DNA of 24,836 nucleotides from a virus (lineage: Duplodnaviria; Caudoviricetes): positions 1 to 24,836 of the IMG/VR virus record IMGVR_UViG_3300049165_000271; one strand, 5' to 3'. The translations under genes were made by a program, and so were the position numbers. Shown piece after piece: positions 24,362 to 24,836 of the stretch (positions are counted from its first letter, which is position 1; each line of letters opens with the position of its first letter). The notes below the pieces were generated by a model. That model made no database searches. It saw nothing but the letters and a program-made list of their open reading frames with translations, and was not told the DNA's origin.

Positions 24362-24836
24362 GCCCCAGCTGATCACTGTGTGCGTACTCTGCTCCGAAAG
24401 GGTCACCATGGTTGAGGTGACGTCTCGGCAAGGCGGAACCGAGTACCAGTGGATTCATGGAGCGGTCTCCGACCACGAGCCCTGGGTCGCCCCGGCTGAC
24501 TCGGTGGTGACGCAGATCCGGGGCCGGTGCGACTTCTGCTCCGCCCTCGACCCCGAATGGATCGTCGAGACGCAGCGGCGCTTCGACATCGTCGACGTCA
24601 TCGAGGACACCAGCGTCACGCGGCACGACGACGGAGCGTGGGCGGCGTGCCGACCGTGTCTGCGCTACGTGGAGAAGCGCGACGCTGACCGGCTGCTCCA
24701 CCGTGCGATGATCATGGCGCGGAATAGCATCCCGGACTCAGCGCCCGAGATGGAGGAGAAGGTCAAGGAGCAAATTCGCGGACTTCACCAGGCGTTCTTC
24801 CTCGCTGGCCCCGGCGCCCCACGGCGAATCTCATGA
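24354..24836 (+). CDS. Hypothetical Zn-finger-like protein
   Basis: ATG 24354 overlapping the upstream gene end; CVLC, H...H, CDFC and WAACRPC motifs. Confidence 0.72.
   Translation: MTEPQLITVCVLCSERVTMVEVTSRQGGTEYQWIHGAVSDHEPWVAPADSVVTQIRGRCDFCSALDPEWIVETQRRFDIVDVIEDTSVTRHDDGAWAACRPCLRYVEKRDADRLLHRAMIMARNSIPDSAPEMEEKVKEQIRGLHQAFFLAGPGAPRRIS

Overview
A GC-rich, actinobacterial-type siphovirus or prophage segment. On the minus strand, a nearly complete packaging/head/tail/lysis operon reads right to left: terS, terL, portal, MuF-like protein, scaffold, capsid, connectors, major tail protein, tail chaperones with a -1 frameshift, tape measure with NlpC/P60, minor tail proteins, two membrane proteins, and an amidase endolysin that runs off the left edge and is missing from the ORF track. 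Directly upstream of terS is a putative DNA-hypermodification cluster: a TET/JBP-family 2OG-Fe(II) dioxygenase, an inverted TET-associated GT-A glycosyltransferase, a stand-alone ParB-like protein, two small conserved ORFs and a radical SAM/SPASM enzyme. No cytosine methyltransferase is visible in the window, so thymine (base J-like) chemistry with a possible extra radical step is the leading hypothesis. Other notable features: an AT-richer antisense gene wedged between terS and terL, a candidate cos region, two identically built promoter/operator elements, a four-copy 12-bp motif, a hairpin-dense intergenic region, and a rightward block of small Cys-rich and DUF2958-like genes. All family calls come from motif recognition by eye, not database searches.
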